A stretch of 64,000 bases of DNA from Felis catus (Eukaryota), in the NCBI RefSeq assembly GCF_018350175.1, contig NC_058368.1:175338001-175402000 (forward strand), given 5' to 3'. Positions 1 through 12,772 of this stretch are shown here, piece by piece (the first letter of the stretch is position 1; every line of letters starts with the position of its first letter). Made by a program: the position numbers and the translations under genes. The notes beneath the pieces are model-generated. The model saw only the letters and a list, made by a program, of their open reading frames with translations. It made no database searches and had not been told where the DNA came from.

Positions 1-624
1 CGGGTCCCCGAGCCACAGTGTAACCCAACGCCTGCCTTTAGCACCAACTGGATTCGGTGAAATCCAATCTAAAATTAAGCCTCGCCCAAGCCTTTTTGTG
101 TTTCAGTTATAGTCACTAAACGTGAAAAAAACCAAACCAAAAAAACCCCAGCAACGACACAGAAAACCACCTTCTAGATGTAAAATCATTAGCCACACGC
201 TCCCGGTACTCCAGCCCTCGAAGGCATATTTTCACATTTTGCATCTTCCCAGTTTGGTTAAAATAGTTGTTTCTGACAATGGGTGAAGGGCTTTCCCTCA
301 GCCTAAGAGACCCATTTTTTCCCCTTTGTATCTCCGTGAAAACAGGGTGTGTAATTACAGCAACGTAATTATCAGCTCTTTTCAAAAAGTGGGGCTGCTT
401 GGGCTGTGTTTATGGTGTCGGACTTGACGGCCCTGAAAACTTAACTTGCACAATATTATAATTATCATAATCAATACTCTCGAAGCACTAAGTGGGGAGG
501 GACCTCTTTCTGGAAGAAAACAAAGCAAAGTCTTTCTCAGCCACAAATATGTTGCAGGACCAGAGGCAGCAGCCTAGAGGTCTGGGTCACCCAGATGACA
601 GTTCCAGTCCAGTCCTGTCCTGCC

Positions 625-815
625 CAGCTTTGTGTGACCTCGGACAAGTCACCTAGCATCTGAGTCTCAGTTTCCTCATCTGTAGGATGGGGATGAAATG
701 GCTTCCCTCCCGCCATCCGATGAGGTTAACGACCACAACAAAATAAAAATGCCCGGCAAAGCAGGTCCCAGAGAGTGTGGCACAAAATAGACAGTCACTA
801 AATGGTAGCATGATT
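625..815. mobile_element. MIR (representative; many more MIR cores, e.g. near 8620, 10630, 34720, 54070, 56200, 57190, 61400)
   Basis: tgtgtgacctcggacaagtcacc...tctcagtttcctcatctgtaggatgggg is the MIR core. Confidence 0.75.
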
Positions 816-1766
816 TCAATTTCATGCCTTTGTATTTGTATTATTTCATCAAATTAAGATGATAAATTATGCATGCTCTTAGTCCATTGTCAACTCCTCT
901 CCGTGTGTTCTTTCGCTCATTGTCCAGATAGGAAGGTCACCCCCTCAGGCCTGGAAGTCACTCCCCTTGCCTGGGAGAAGCCCAGATCAGAAAGCTCAAA
1001 GAGATACGAAAAGACCATCAGCCTAGGCTCCCGGGCCTCAGTTTTCCATCCGTAAAATTGGCCGGTCGTCTCTACCTCACTGGTTTGTCGTGCCTATTGA
1101 GGAAAGTATATGAAATGTCCTCCCCGATGCCCAGCACATGGTAACTGCTCCATAAATGAATTTTCTCCCTTCCGGTCCCCACTAAGCCACGCACTGTGCA
1201 CTTCTAGGAGGGAAGCAGGGGAAGGATCTGCGTTCCCACTGGAGCAGAGAGAGAAACTGGCCTGTGTGAGGTCATTCGGCCAGAGAAGGCTGGAGTCTCT
1301 GGTTCCACTCCGGTGCTCTTTCCAATGTTCCACATTGAGCCATCGCATTCATTCACCCAATAAAAGTCTGCTGAGAGCTTCCCCTGGGCCAGGCCGTGGG
1401 CTGGGCTACTGCACCAGTCCAGGCTTGACGTAAACAGGGCCTGCCCGAGGCCAGAGCAGGAGAGAAGGATGGGGGGGATGGGCCACTTCTGTGCCTCTCC
1501 ACTTCTCTTTTCCTCGTTTATTCCCCTCTTATTTTCTTCTCTCCAGGGATTCGCCACCCACACAGGCAGCCACATTCTGATGAAGTTAATAATCAGGGTG
1601 TCAGCTTTAAATACCAGTTAACTCAAGGGAGAGAGCCTACTTGCCAGAAAAAAAAAAAAAATCCAAAAACTTAACAAGAGGAAAATTCCGGTTAAGCTAA
1701 CCCATTACCACAGTCCATGGTGCCCAAGCTATAGGATATGGTTATATTGCATTCATTCATTCATTC

Positions 1767-1988
1767 TTTTTTTTTTATTTTTTTAGTGTTTATTTATTTC
1801 TGAGACAGAGAGAGACAGAGCATGAGTGGGGGAGGGGCAGAGAGAGAGGGAGACACAGATTCAGAAGCAGGCTCCAGGCTCTGAGCCATCAGCCCAGAGC
1901 CTGACGCGGGGCTCGAACTCATGAACCGCGAGATCGTGACCTGAGCCGAAGTCGGCCGCTCAACCGACTGAGCCACCCAGGCGCCCCC
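1767..1988 (-). mobile_element. SINEC (felid Can-SINE, Fc2-like)
   Basis: Reverse complement of GGGGCGCCTGGGTGGCTCAGTCGGTT head, (CT)n tract and A-rich tail. Confidence 0.93.
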
Positions 1989-1996
1989 ATTAATTC

Positions 1997-2229
1997 TTTT
2001 TTTTAATATTTTTTATGTTGATTTTTATTTTTGGGAGAGAGAGAGAGAGAGAGAGAGAGGGAAGTGGGGAGAGAGGGGAAGAGAGAGGGAGACACAGAAT
2101 CCGAAGCAGGCTCCAGGCTCTGAGCCGTCAGCGCAGAGCCCGACGCGGGGCTCGAACCCACGGAATGCGAGATCATGACCCGAGCCAAAAAGTAGGACGC
2201 CCAGCCAACTGAGCCACCCAGGCGCCCCC
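1997..2229 (-). mobile_element. SINEC (Fc2-like), tandem with the previous copy
   Basis: Same tRNA-derived head, (GA)n and poly-T on + strand. Confidence 0.92.
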
Positions 2230-2293
2230 ATTTATTCATTCTTGAAAAGTATTTACGAGCACCTAGCTATTAGGTGTTAGCATTGTTCTGGGA

Positions 2294-2480
2294 CAGAAGT
2301 CAGCAAACTTTTCCCGTAAATGGCAAGACCGTGAATAATATTTAAGGCTTTGTGGGTCGTACGGTTTCTGCTGCAACTACTCAATGCTGCTGTTGTGGCA
2401 GAGACAACACATACACAAACGGGGGTGGCCGTGTTCCGGTGAAACTTTATTTGTAGAAACCGGAGGCAGGCTGGAGAGTG
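2294..2480. mobile_element. MER58-like hAT-Charlie DNA transposon relic
   Basis: cagcaaacttttcccgtaaatggc...ggctttgtgggtcgtacggtttctgctgcaactactcaa...aaactttatttgtagaaac resembles MER58A as recalled. Confidence 0.7.
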
Positions 2481-3019
2481 TTCCCTCCTGCTCCGGACAT
2501 TGGGCCACGATGCAGAAGACCCAGGTACCCTCATGGGGGCCCGGGTGTGGACGTGAAGACCGAAGGTGGTAACACACCGTGGGAAGAAGGAGCCCAAAGG
2601 AGGCGATCGTAATAACGAGGACCGGTCCATTACATATGGAGCACCTACCGTGTGCCAGAAACTTTGCCCACCTTATATCATTTCTTTCCCAACAGCCCCG
2701 AGAAGGAGGCGTTTGTGCGTGGTCAGCCGCACAAAACGAGGCTCTGATGGGCGGGACCACAGGGCGCTGACCAAGCAGGGGGCCAAGAATTGAAGGCAAA
2801 CCCACCTGACTCCCAAGCTGGCACTCCTGGGTGCTGCCTTTCTGTGGAGGGTCCAAGGAGAGAGGAAGCTGCTTGATTTGGGGAGGTCATGGGAAGCTCA
2901 GCCAGAGAGGTGATGCTTCACATTTTCAAGGACTTGTTGAATGTCCCCAGACAGGAGGGCACAGTGGGTAGGGAGAGTGGACAGGGCCTCCAATACTGAG
3001 GTATTTTTCTCAATGTCAC

Positions 3020-3370
3020 CTACACGTACCAGGCATTGTTCAAAGGACAATACAGCAGTGAGCCAGACAAAGTCCCTGCCCTCGTGGAGCTAATGCTCTT
3101 GTGGGGAGAGACATACAATGACCAAATAAAAATAAAATAGGTCACAGGTTGACAAGCGCTTGGAAGGCGAAACAAAACTGGGAAGGAGGGAGAAAGTAGT
3201 CAGGAGAGGGCCTCCATGAAGAGCTGACACTGGAGAGATGAGATGAGAGGATGAGACTCCTAATCCAAGGCAGTGAAAACAGCATGTGCAAATGTCCTGA
3301 GGTAGAAGCATGCTTGGGTACTTGCGTGGCCAAGAAGCGTCAGAGATGAGCCTGACCTTCACAGCCCAGA
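3020..3370 (-). mobile_element. L2 LINE fragment
   Basis: ccaggcattgttc...cagacaaagtccctgccctcgtggagcta...cagcatgtgcaaatgtcctgagg is typical L2 3' region in antisense. Confidence 0.6.
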
Positions 3371-3680
3371 GTGTTACCACTAAACAATGCCGCATCCACC
3401 TCACAGACCCGGGGACACGCTGGCTGAAATGGACACAGCCAGGAACGGCACGTGGCCCCAACACCTCCATGCCCATCCCTCCACTGCCCACAGGGTGCCG
3501 AGAGGGGAGCAGCCTCCACGGAAGCCCACGGAGTACCCTGTGTACCCTGCCTTCAGGGCCGAAGGCCACATGCTGGGCTCCTGTTGAGAGAGAGAGGCCA
3601 GGAGCCGGGCACGCAACCTATGTAGGTCTCTGCAGTCTTAGCACCAGCTGTCATAGGAAGAGGTTAGGGAGGGAAAGGAG

Positions 3681-3712
<32 letters not shown>

Positions 3713-3717
3713 GCACA
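3681..3717. repeat. (CA)n microsatellite (others at 5972-6000, 11835-11857, 20250-20312, 53560-53605)
   Basis: Directly visible dinucleotide runs. Confidence 0.9.
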
Positions 3718-4287
3718 CCCCACTCATCTCCTAGTAAATCCTAACTGGTGAAAGCAAAGTGAGCCAACACTTCCATAAATAAAACATCCCGTTCGTCTTC
3801 TGTGAAGCCATTCTGACTTCACTCGTCCCCGATACTACAGGCGGATGTGTGTGGAGTGGAAACAACCCGCTAGGTTTACTTCTTCCTTTACTTTAAAAAA
3901 AATGAGCAGAAAGAGTAACCCATTTTTTTTTCCTTAGCCATTAAAAATTTAGCCTTCAGAAGTATTTTCACGAAGGTCAGAAATGCATGAGTCAGGTGAA
4001 ATTAACTGGTTTTTTTTATTTCTGCTTTTCACTCTGCCGTGGCACGTTGGCGAGCTTTCTGGGGATGAAATATAACAGCCTCTGGTCACATTTCCAGCCC
4101 ACGGCATCGATTACGGGGGAGACCGCTTTCCCGAGGCGGGTGCCAGGTTGGGGTGGGTGGAGAGATGTGGGGGGGGGGTGGTCCAAAGAGGGCCGCATTT
4201 TCATCTCAATCATTGACTTTGAGCTTGCCGCCATCCTGTTTCTGGATAAACGCGTGTATATGTCACGGAAGTCTGCAAGGAATTTTA

Positions 4288-4533
4288 TTTTATTTTTTTT
4301 ATTTTTATTTTTTTTTTAAATTTTTTTTTCAACGTTTATTTATTTTTTGGAACAGAGAGAGACAGAGCATGAACGGGGGAGGGGCAGAGAGAGAGGGAGA
4401 CACAGAATCGGAAACAGGCTCCAGGCTCTGAGCCATCAGCCCAGAGCCTGACGCGGGGCTCGAACTCACGGACCGCGAGATCGTGACCTGGCTGAAGTCG
4501 GCCGCTTAACCGACTGCGCCACCCAGGCGCCCC
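4288..4533 (-). mobile_element. Young SINEC_Fc with perfect TSD
   Basis: Full-length element; TSD gcaaggaatttta at 4275-4287 and 4535-4547. Confidence 0.95.
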
Positions 4534-5011
4534 AGCAAGGAATTTTAAAGAGACAGAAAACGATGTATTCCTTTTGATAGTATCCGGGTGCCAGAAATAA
4601 ATTTCTGGACCTTGTCTCAAGCGATGGGCCCGGAACGTGTCATTACCCTGCAGGGCTCCCGGCTAACGGACTGTGCCCAAGAGCGTGCGTGCGATGGAAT
4701 GCGGAAGAATTTAATGCATTCATTATCTCAATTCTTCTTTCTAGGGGAAAAGCAGGCTGTAGTGATGCCAAAACCTAGCTGTATCTGCTTGGGAGCCTTT
4801 TCTCTCGTATGCGGATCCAAGGAAAGCTGTTGTAGGGGAGACCTGAGCCCGTCACATTTGCTACCTCCGTCCCTTTGTACCCGCGGACGCTTTTCCCTTC
4901 GATGTCCTTTCCCTCTACTTGTCCATAAGGAACTTTTTCTTTCCCTTTAAAACGCAGCTCATTAGTCTGTTTAGAGTATGGTGAGTTAATTGCTAGCGGA
5001 CATCAGTCCTC

Positions 5012-5200
5012 TGGCTCAGTCGGTTAAGCGTCCAACTTCGGCTCAGGTCACGAACTTGCGGTTCAGGAGTTCGAGCCCCACGTCGGGCTCTGTGCTGACA
5101 GCTCGGAGCCTGGAGCCTGCTGCGGGTTCTGTGTCTCCCTCGCTCTGTTCCTCCCCCCGCTCGCACTCTGTCTCTCTCTGTCTAAAAAATAAATAAAGAA
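5012..5200 (+). mobile_element. SINEC (older, slightly 5'-truncated)
   Basis: tggctcagtcggttaagcgtccaacttcggctcaggtcacg...tctctctctgtctaaaaaataaataaa. Confidence 0.9.
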
Positions 5201-5201
5201 C

Positions 5202-5460
5202 GGGGCGCCTGGGTGGCGCAGTCGGTTAAGCGTCCGACTTCAGCCAGGTCACGATCTCGCGGTCTGTGAGTTCGAGCCCCGCGTCGGGCTCTGGGCTGAT
5301 GGCTCGGAGCCTGGAGCCTGTTTCCGATTCTGTGTCTCCCTCTCTCTCTGCCCCTCCCCCGTTCATGCTCTGTCTCTCTCTGTCCCAAAAAATAAATAAA
5401 AACGTTGAAAAAAAATTAAAAAAAAAATAAAGATTTAAAAAAAATTAAAAAGAAAAGAAA
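5202..5460 (+). mobile_element. Young SINEC_Fc inserted in the tail of the previous SINE
   Basis: ggggcgcctgggtggcgcagtcggttaagcgtccgacttcagccaggtcacg with a long A-rich tail. Confidence 0.95.
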
Positions 5461-5969
5461 CAACAAGGGACACAAGGCAAAAGGGACTCTCCGCTGAAGG
5501 TATAGCCCCTCCCAGGACTCTGGAGGTGGGGCGGGGGGGGGGGGGTCAAGGCAGCCAGTTTGGGAGGGAGCCAAACCGTAGAAAGGACTAGCACCCCGTG
5601 AAATCCTCACGTCTGCAGCTTTGGTCTGAAGACGGGCTGTGAACTTGGAGTGGTCTGAGGTAACCATAGCTCTGATTCAAAGAAGCAAACAAATAAAAAA
5701 CACCGTCTTCATGGCCTGAGGAACAAGAGGGCAGAACCCAGGGCAGCCACAGCCACCAGGAAGTGAGGGGAAAAGGCTAGGAATGCAGGGAGCCAGGGAA
5801 GGGGGGTGGGTCCCAGGTTCCGTGTGTAACTGGAATCAACCAAGTGCCCACCCAACCCCGTGGGAGCACAGGGAAGAGTTGAAGCAGCCCAGATGAGGAT
5901 CGAATCCTAACCCGAGGATCCAGCAACCGCTGCCCCAGACAAGCCCCCCTCCGAATCTCCCCCACACCC

Positions 5970-6006
<37 letters not shown>

Positions 6007-8255
6007 CACATGTATGCACAGGTCAGAGGCCTTGCCTCAGCTTGGCAAGACCAGAGGCACGAGCTGGTGAGGACACCTGCAGCTGCCTGGGCTGGAATCT
6101 TCCAGACTCACCAGGGCTGGATGCGTAGACCACAAGCCACTCCTGTCGTTCCCTGAGGCAGAGGGGCTGGGCCACTTGTGAGGAGACTCTTGGGGGCCAT
6201 CAGAAGCCCACTTAAGGCAGAGCAGGGCCAGGGAACGGACCTATCTCAGCCACAGAGCAAGGGGAGCGAAGGGACGAGAAGAGTGGACGGGCGCTGAAGC
6301 CGTCCCGTGGCCGGAGCGCGCTGCATAGACTTTCTCGTTGTACCCTCACTACGACTGCGGGAGGCGATGCTGTTTTTGTCAATGTCCCCGTGCACAGGTG
6401 AGGAGTCCGGGGCTCCGAGAGCTATGTCATGCTTCCCACCAAGTGGCCCAGGTGGGGTCGGGGTGTGCCGAGACGGCACCCACGCCCTCAGTGCTGGCGA
6501 TAGCCCGAGTCCGTGACCGGCCGCAAACTCATCTGTCCTCTCCAGGATGACAGACACATCGGAGCTTTCTCTGCGTGGCCTCGCTGCGGAAACGGTGGGA
6601 AGAGGCAGTTTGCTCATCCGAGGCCGCTCACTGGGCAGTGGTGGAGGGGATTCAAACCCTGCAGCTGGGCTCCCAGGTCCCCCCTCCAGGTGCACACCCC
6701 CAACCCCGGGCTCTCCCCCCACGACCACCCAAGTCTCCTCGCCTCCCACAGGATACGGTCAGCCACGACCCCCTCAACCCTCCCACAGGCAGCAGATATG
6801 AGCCCCCCAACTTCACAGACAAGGAAACTGGGGTGAGGGCATCCCCTCTTTCCACATGTAGAACCTTGTCCTGTGCCTTCTCTGCCTCCCTGGGGCAGGG
6901 GCGGTGGGGTTGGGTAGCGGATGCTTGGTTCCAGAACTTTCTGGGGCCTTCAGGCAGCAGCTCCTTTGTCGTCGGTGACCACCTCCTCACCCAGTCTTCC
7001 AGGTGAGGCTCAAATGTCACCCCTTTGTCCCACCCCAGAAAGAGCTAGTCAGTCTCTCCTCATGCCCACAGGCCCCCTCCCAGCAGCTCCTCCTGGAGTC
7101 ACAGCTGGCTCACCCCCTCGAAGGAACTTTGGAGGGAAAGGCCTGCAGGACGGGGGCCGTGCGCAGGGCTGGGCTTTACTGGGAGGCAGAGTGCCCAGAA
7201 TGTGGAGACGGAGTAGACGCAGGACGCTGGAGGAAGGAGGCGTGAATGCTCCCAGCTCTCTGCTCTCTTCCAAGGTGCAAGATGCTGCCATTTGCTCAGA
7301 TGAGATGGAAGAAGGCAGCTGGGACGTCATGGAGGGAGGGGATGATTAGAAGTCCCCTGAAAGCAGGAGCCTAGCATCAGTGCCGACAATCTCACCGCAG
7401 AGAGAACCTCACGAGTCCTTGTAGCCTTTGGAGGCAGAGTCACGTAACTGTCCTCTTTCTCTTAAGTGCCAGCTCTTACCTTTGGAGGACCCTTATGTAA
7501 ATGGTGGAAACCCCTGGAAAGAAATGGAAACAGGGCTTATGAGAGCCCTCAGCAGGGCTCAAATCGCTGGAAAATCACCCCCCTTTTGATCCCCGCCGAT
7601 GTCTGATGAGGGCCCAGGAGGGTGGGGAGATGCATATTTAAAGCACCCGGGGTCCTGGGCGAAGCAAACGGCCGGCCTGGACGTCTAATGATGGTCACTT
7701 CTAATGATGGTCACTACCCCGGAGCTAACTTCTCCAGGCCCGTCCCCTGGGGGGCCACCAGCTCACCTGGAGGCTCTGCTCGTTTTGAGGCCATTTTCTG
7801 CCACTCTTGTCCTACTCTGGGCAGAGGTGGACATTTTCCTGGTCGCTCCTCAGCTTGTTCCTCGGTTACAGCAACTGCCACGGTTAATTGTGCTCACTTC
7901 CGGTCAGCACCACAAAGGAGGAGGAAGTAGGAGATCAGACAATCTGGGGCTCCCTTTCCTAATGCTACCGCTCACTATGCATGACCTTGGGCAAGTCCCC
8001 TTCCCTCTTTGGGTCTCTGTCCCCAGTGCCGTGAGGTTTCAAGCATGAGAAGAAAATGCACATCCGCTGCCGCCTGTCATCATGATGGGCACGTGCAAAC
8101 TCCACAGTCAAGATTAGTCCCCCCCCCCCCCCCGAGACGATGGCGAGCTCTGTGAGGACAGTGACCCTCTAGCTTGTGCGTTTCGAAGGACCAGGACTGC
8201 CACCAGATTGAAGTCTGTTCGTGTCCTGGCTCTGTCCTTTATTAGACAGCTGGCC

Positions 8256-8597
8256 TTTTTTTTTTTTTTAATCCTTTATTTATTTATTTATTTAAATATA
8301 ATTTATTGTCAAGTTGGCTAACATACAGTGTGTAAAGCATGCTCTTGGTTTTTGGGGTAGATTTCCGTGGCTCATCGCTTACAGACATCACCCAGTGCTC
8401 ATCCCGACAAGCTCCCCCCTCAATGCCCATCACCCCTGGTCCCCTCTCCCCCACCCCTCACCAACCCTCAGTTTGTTCTCCGTATTTAAGCGTCTCTTAT
8501 GGTTTGCCTCCCTCCCTCTCTGTTTGTGACTATTTTTTCCCTTTCCCCTCCCCCACGGTCTCCTGTTAAGTTTCCCAAGTTCCACATATGAATGATA
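8256..8597 (-). mobile_element. Carnivore/felid L1 3' end (5'-truncated)
   Basis: Poly-T then aatttattgtcaagttggct...cccagtgctcatccc...tctcttatggtttgcctccctc; homologous to the L1 3' ends at 24.6 and 27.2 kb. Confidence 0.85.
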
Positions 8598-8817
8598 GGT
8601 GACCTTAAAGCGGACCATCTGACTTCTCTGAGCCTCAGTTTCTTAATCTGTAAGGCAGTGGATTCTGTTAAGAAAAATGTGGTTTATAAATGTGAACTGT
8701 CTGTTAGTGACCGGCACTTACTATTATAAAAGGCTCTGCTTGTTGAAATCGGCCCCTTAAACTGGAGGGTCTTTGAGATCGGGAACTATTTCTTTCTTGT
8801 TCACTAGCATATATCCC

Positions 8818-8930
8818 CAGGGCTGCCAAATACAATTGCCTAAGTTGTGCACTGCACTATTCCAGAGCATCCTTCCTATAGACTGTGATGGGACTCATGC
8901 TCCCTGAGGTTATAGAGTACATCAGCCTTG
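8818..8930. mobile_element. MER91-like DNA transposon relic
   Basis: cagggctgcc...aagttgtgcactgcac resembles MER91 as recalled. Confidence 0.45.
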
Positions 8931-11900
8931 CCAGCATAGTGCCTGACGTTGTCCTAGGTGCTGTAACCAGGACCTATTCCTACTCTCAGAGAGCTTATAT
9001 CATAGTTGGGAGGGGGGACAGTAAAGACAATAAGGAAGATTCTAATAAATAGGGAAAGTCCTCACGGCTACCATGACACGCGTTGAGGCATGAATGTCAC
9101 CTGTGCAAAGACTGGGTGGGGTGTTACAGGAAGAATCCAAAAGCAAGGGCCCTGGGGCAGGCATGAGTGTGCCAAGAAGTACCTGGAAGGCAAACCATCG
9201 TGGACAGACAGCCCCTCTAAGTGCTCTGCCTCAGAGCCCTCCGGATGCTTCGCCAGGCTCCAGGCAGCTCCTGCTCCACATTCTGAGAATGCCTGCTGCA
9301 GCCCAGGGCTGGCTGAGGCCCCTTCTCGGCCGGGGAGGCCCTGCCCCGCTGCTAGGGTGGCAGGGTCGGAGTGCCCGGAGCCGCTGAGGGTGCAGAGGCA
9401 AGGACAGCGGCACCAGGCCCATTGACCCATCGTTGCTCAGCGCGTTTTGGTTGGGATCCCGCTGAGCACGGTGGGTGGGAGGCGCAGGGTGTTCCCGGTG
9501 TCCCCGGGGAGGGCCGGGCCGGATGCGGGGCAAGGCTGCCCTCGCTGTGTTTTGCCCGTAGGCCCTCACCCCGCTATTCTCCACGCTCCTCTGCTCCCAC
9601 CCTCCGTTGGCCTTTTCATTCTCTGGCAGGTGTCGTCTCCGAACGGAAGATGTCCGCGAGCACCGTGGATGTGTGGAAACGTCAGGGCTCATCTTTCTGT
9701 GCCGCTTCTTCAGGGACCCGGAACCTCACAGCAGAGCTGTGAGACCAGATCAACTCGAGCTGGGATCCCGGCGCTGCGAGTTCCAAGCTGTGCTGTCTTG
9801 GGCAAGTTGCTTCCTGTCTCTGAGCCTCTGGTTCCTTATCTGCAAAACGGGCCACTCGTGAGGCGTGAGTGTTTACCTAGGGACGGAGTCTGGCGCAAAA
9901 CAGAGGCAGATTAACGTCAATGCTCTGCTTTCCCCCAAATGAACGTGAGACCAAAGACCCCAGGAATGTGGCTTCACAGATTCAAGTCTACCTTTCAGAT
10001 ATTCATTCATTCGGAACCTACGTAGTCGAGTCAGGTGTTAGAGTCGCCAAAGTGGGGAGGAAGCTAGGAAATCCCAGGGCCTGCTGGAGAAGAGTCACGC
10101 GAGTGGCAGAGAGGGGTAAGCAGGGTGACCTGGGAGCAAAAGGGCCCTGCACTTGGCCGTGGGGAAGGCCGCTGGGGAGGGGAGAGGGTTCAAGCTAACA
10201 CCCGAAGGAGGAAGAACTCCCGAGGTCTGGAGGGGGGATGTCACCTGCTCTGAGGCAACAGAACATGAAGCTTCGAGAAGAGGCACGCACAAAGAAGAAG
10301 GAGCAGGAGGCGTGAGTGGGCAGGGGAAGCGATGCCGTGGGAGGGCTGGGCCACGTGAGGCCACACACAGCAATACTATTTCATGTCAGGGGTGTGGTGG
10401 GGGCCCTGGGCAGCACGGGGGGACCGTAGCAGGAGCACTTGTGATTTCTGGCTGCTTCGCAGAGAAGGAATTGCAGGGACGGTGGATGAAGCAGGGAGTG
10501 CTGAAAATAAGTCAGGTGAGAAATCAAAGCTGAATCTCACGTCCTCTCTTGAGCGCTGGAATCAGACGGACCCGGGTTCAAATCTCAGCCCCGCCGCTGA
10601 GCATTTGGGTGGATTCGAGCAAGCCGCTCTCCCTCTCTAACTTTTGGGTTTCTCATCTGTAAAGTGGGACTGGTTAGAACCTGCATCCTGGGGCTGTTAT
10701 ACAAATTAAATGAGCTACTTCGTGGACAGAGGCGAGCATAGGACAAGCATTCGATAAACGGAAACTGTTTCCCGTCGCTGCCTTTTTTGTCCCTACCGTG
10801 CACATAAACACCCACTGCGCTGACATACCCTTGGACTTGCGGGTGAGCCCCTCCCCGTCCTTACAGCCAGTTGCAAATTAGCCACCGTCAGCAGCTCTGG
10901 GTTGAGGGGTGAGGGGCACAGCGGCCTCAGAGGATTTGCGCCGCAGCTCGGTTGCCTAGCGACAGCATCAGCATCTGCATCATTGCATCGCAAGGGATAC
11001 GCCCAGAATCTGGCTCTAGGCGGGGCCCAGCCCCCAATTCTAGCTCCCTCCTTCTCTCCGCGGAGACCTGCCCCCTCACAATCCCCCCCGGGGCCTTCCG
11101 GAGCAAGGAGGGGGCTTGGAGTTGGCTGTGTGCCAACCGTATGCCAGAACACTCTGCCGTGCGATGCGTGTTCACAGTCTTGAGGGCAGTGTTTGTCCCC
11201 CACTCACGGCTGAGGACACAGAGGCCCCGAGAGGACTACCATCCAAAGTTCAAGCCTGTGTCCTCAAGATCGTGCCCTTGGCTATGTCACAGAGGGACTC
11301 CTAGATCCTGCGCGCCACCCTCCCCTCACCTTTCCACAGGGCTCCAGAGCCAAATGGGCAAGCGTTCCTGGCCCACCCGTAGGTGAGCTGTGGGCCCCTC
11401 ACTCGGGATGATCAGGGCTGGCCTCCTCATTCTCTCTCATCCAGCTCTTTTTCCTCCTGGGCCTTCTTCTCAGTGATGACACAGATGCCCCCAGGGAGTG
11501 TCTAATAAAGTAACTGCCATCCTGGGCCCTTCCCATCCCGCCCCCTCCTCCGACCTCCAGGCCAACGGGTCACAAAATCCCAGCAACCTTTCCCTTCCCT
11601 TGCTGTCCTCCCAACTCTTCTGTCCAGCCCAGTCCTGGCCATGGCTTCCTCACCCCAGCGTAGCCCACACTCCCCCACGCAGTTCCTTCCAAAGGCCCCA
11701 TGGGACCTCGGCACGGCACTCTTGGCTTTGACCCCTATATGGCTCCACCTACCAAAGCCGAAGCCCAAACTCAGCCAGGGCCTGCAAGGCCTCACACAAT
11801 CTAGTCCCCGTGTTTGCTGCTCGTCACATGCACGCACACACACACACACACACACATACACTACACCCTCACCCCCAAAGACACATGCACGCACACAGGC

Positions 11901-12469
11901 ACACCCTTCCCTCTTGACTGAGGGTGACGGAGCTTCTCCCCACTCGCTGGTGACAGATGAGCCGAGCACAGCTGGGCACCTTAGTGACTGCAACCCAGCA
12001 GTCTTCCAGGAAAAACACGTCCTGGGTTTTAGGTCAGAGGCAGCCCTTCCCTGATTCTGGACCCTCCAGTCACGTTCAGATCACTCAGTCCTCAATTATC
12101 CCAGTGACCCCGACCACCAGCGTCACGTTAGTCCTGAAGGGGTGGACGTGACCCGAAGAGGAAGAAAGACCCCAGGCTTGCGGACCGTGATGACTTAGGC
12201 TCGCGTCCCAGTGAAGCAACTTAGCCAGTGAGGTGACTGCGGTGGTTTTAAGGCATGGGCACAAATTCTTTGACGGTCCCTCTCAAGCTGGAACCAAATG
12301 CCCCTTTTCCAGCACGTGGGCGGTACCTGGTGACTTGCTCTAAGAAATAGGGGAATAAAAATAAAGGGGAAATGACAAGGCGTGGCTTCTGAGACCAGGT
12401 CCTAAGAGGTGCCCCAGCTTTGCCTTGTCCTCTGTCTTGGGTCACTCATTCTGGAGAAAGACCGCTGTC

Positions 12470-12772
12470 ACGTGATGAGGATGCTCGCGTGTCCTAGCAC
12501 AGGTCCTGTGACGAGGCAATGAGGCCACCTACCAGCAGCCATGTGAGTGAGCCATCGTGGAAGTGGGTCCCCTGCTCCGCCGTTCCCTCAGATGCTGGAA
12601 GCACCTGCCAACACCTTGATCATGGCCTCGGGAGAGACCCGACCTAGAACCAGCCAGCTAATCCAGTCTGGGCTTCCTGCCCCACAGACACTGAGATAGT
12701 AGACATTTGTTTTCAGCCATCAAGTCGGGACAAGGGGAGGCAATTTGTCACACAGCGATGGATAACTAATCC
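12470..12772 (+). mobile_element. MaLR LTR fragment (MLT1E/F-like)
   Basis: ccatgtgagtgagccatcgtggaagtgg...aaccagccagctaa...aatttgtcacacagcgatggataactaat resembles an MLT1 3' end. Confidence 0.65.

Noticed and set aside
5202..5290. tRNA-like A/B box sequence
   Set aside because: It is the tRNA-derived SINEC head, not a tRNA gene.
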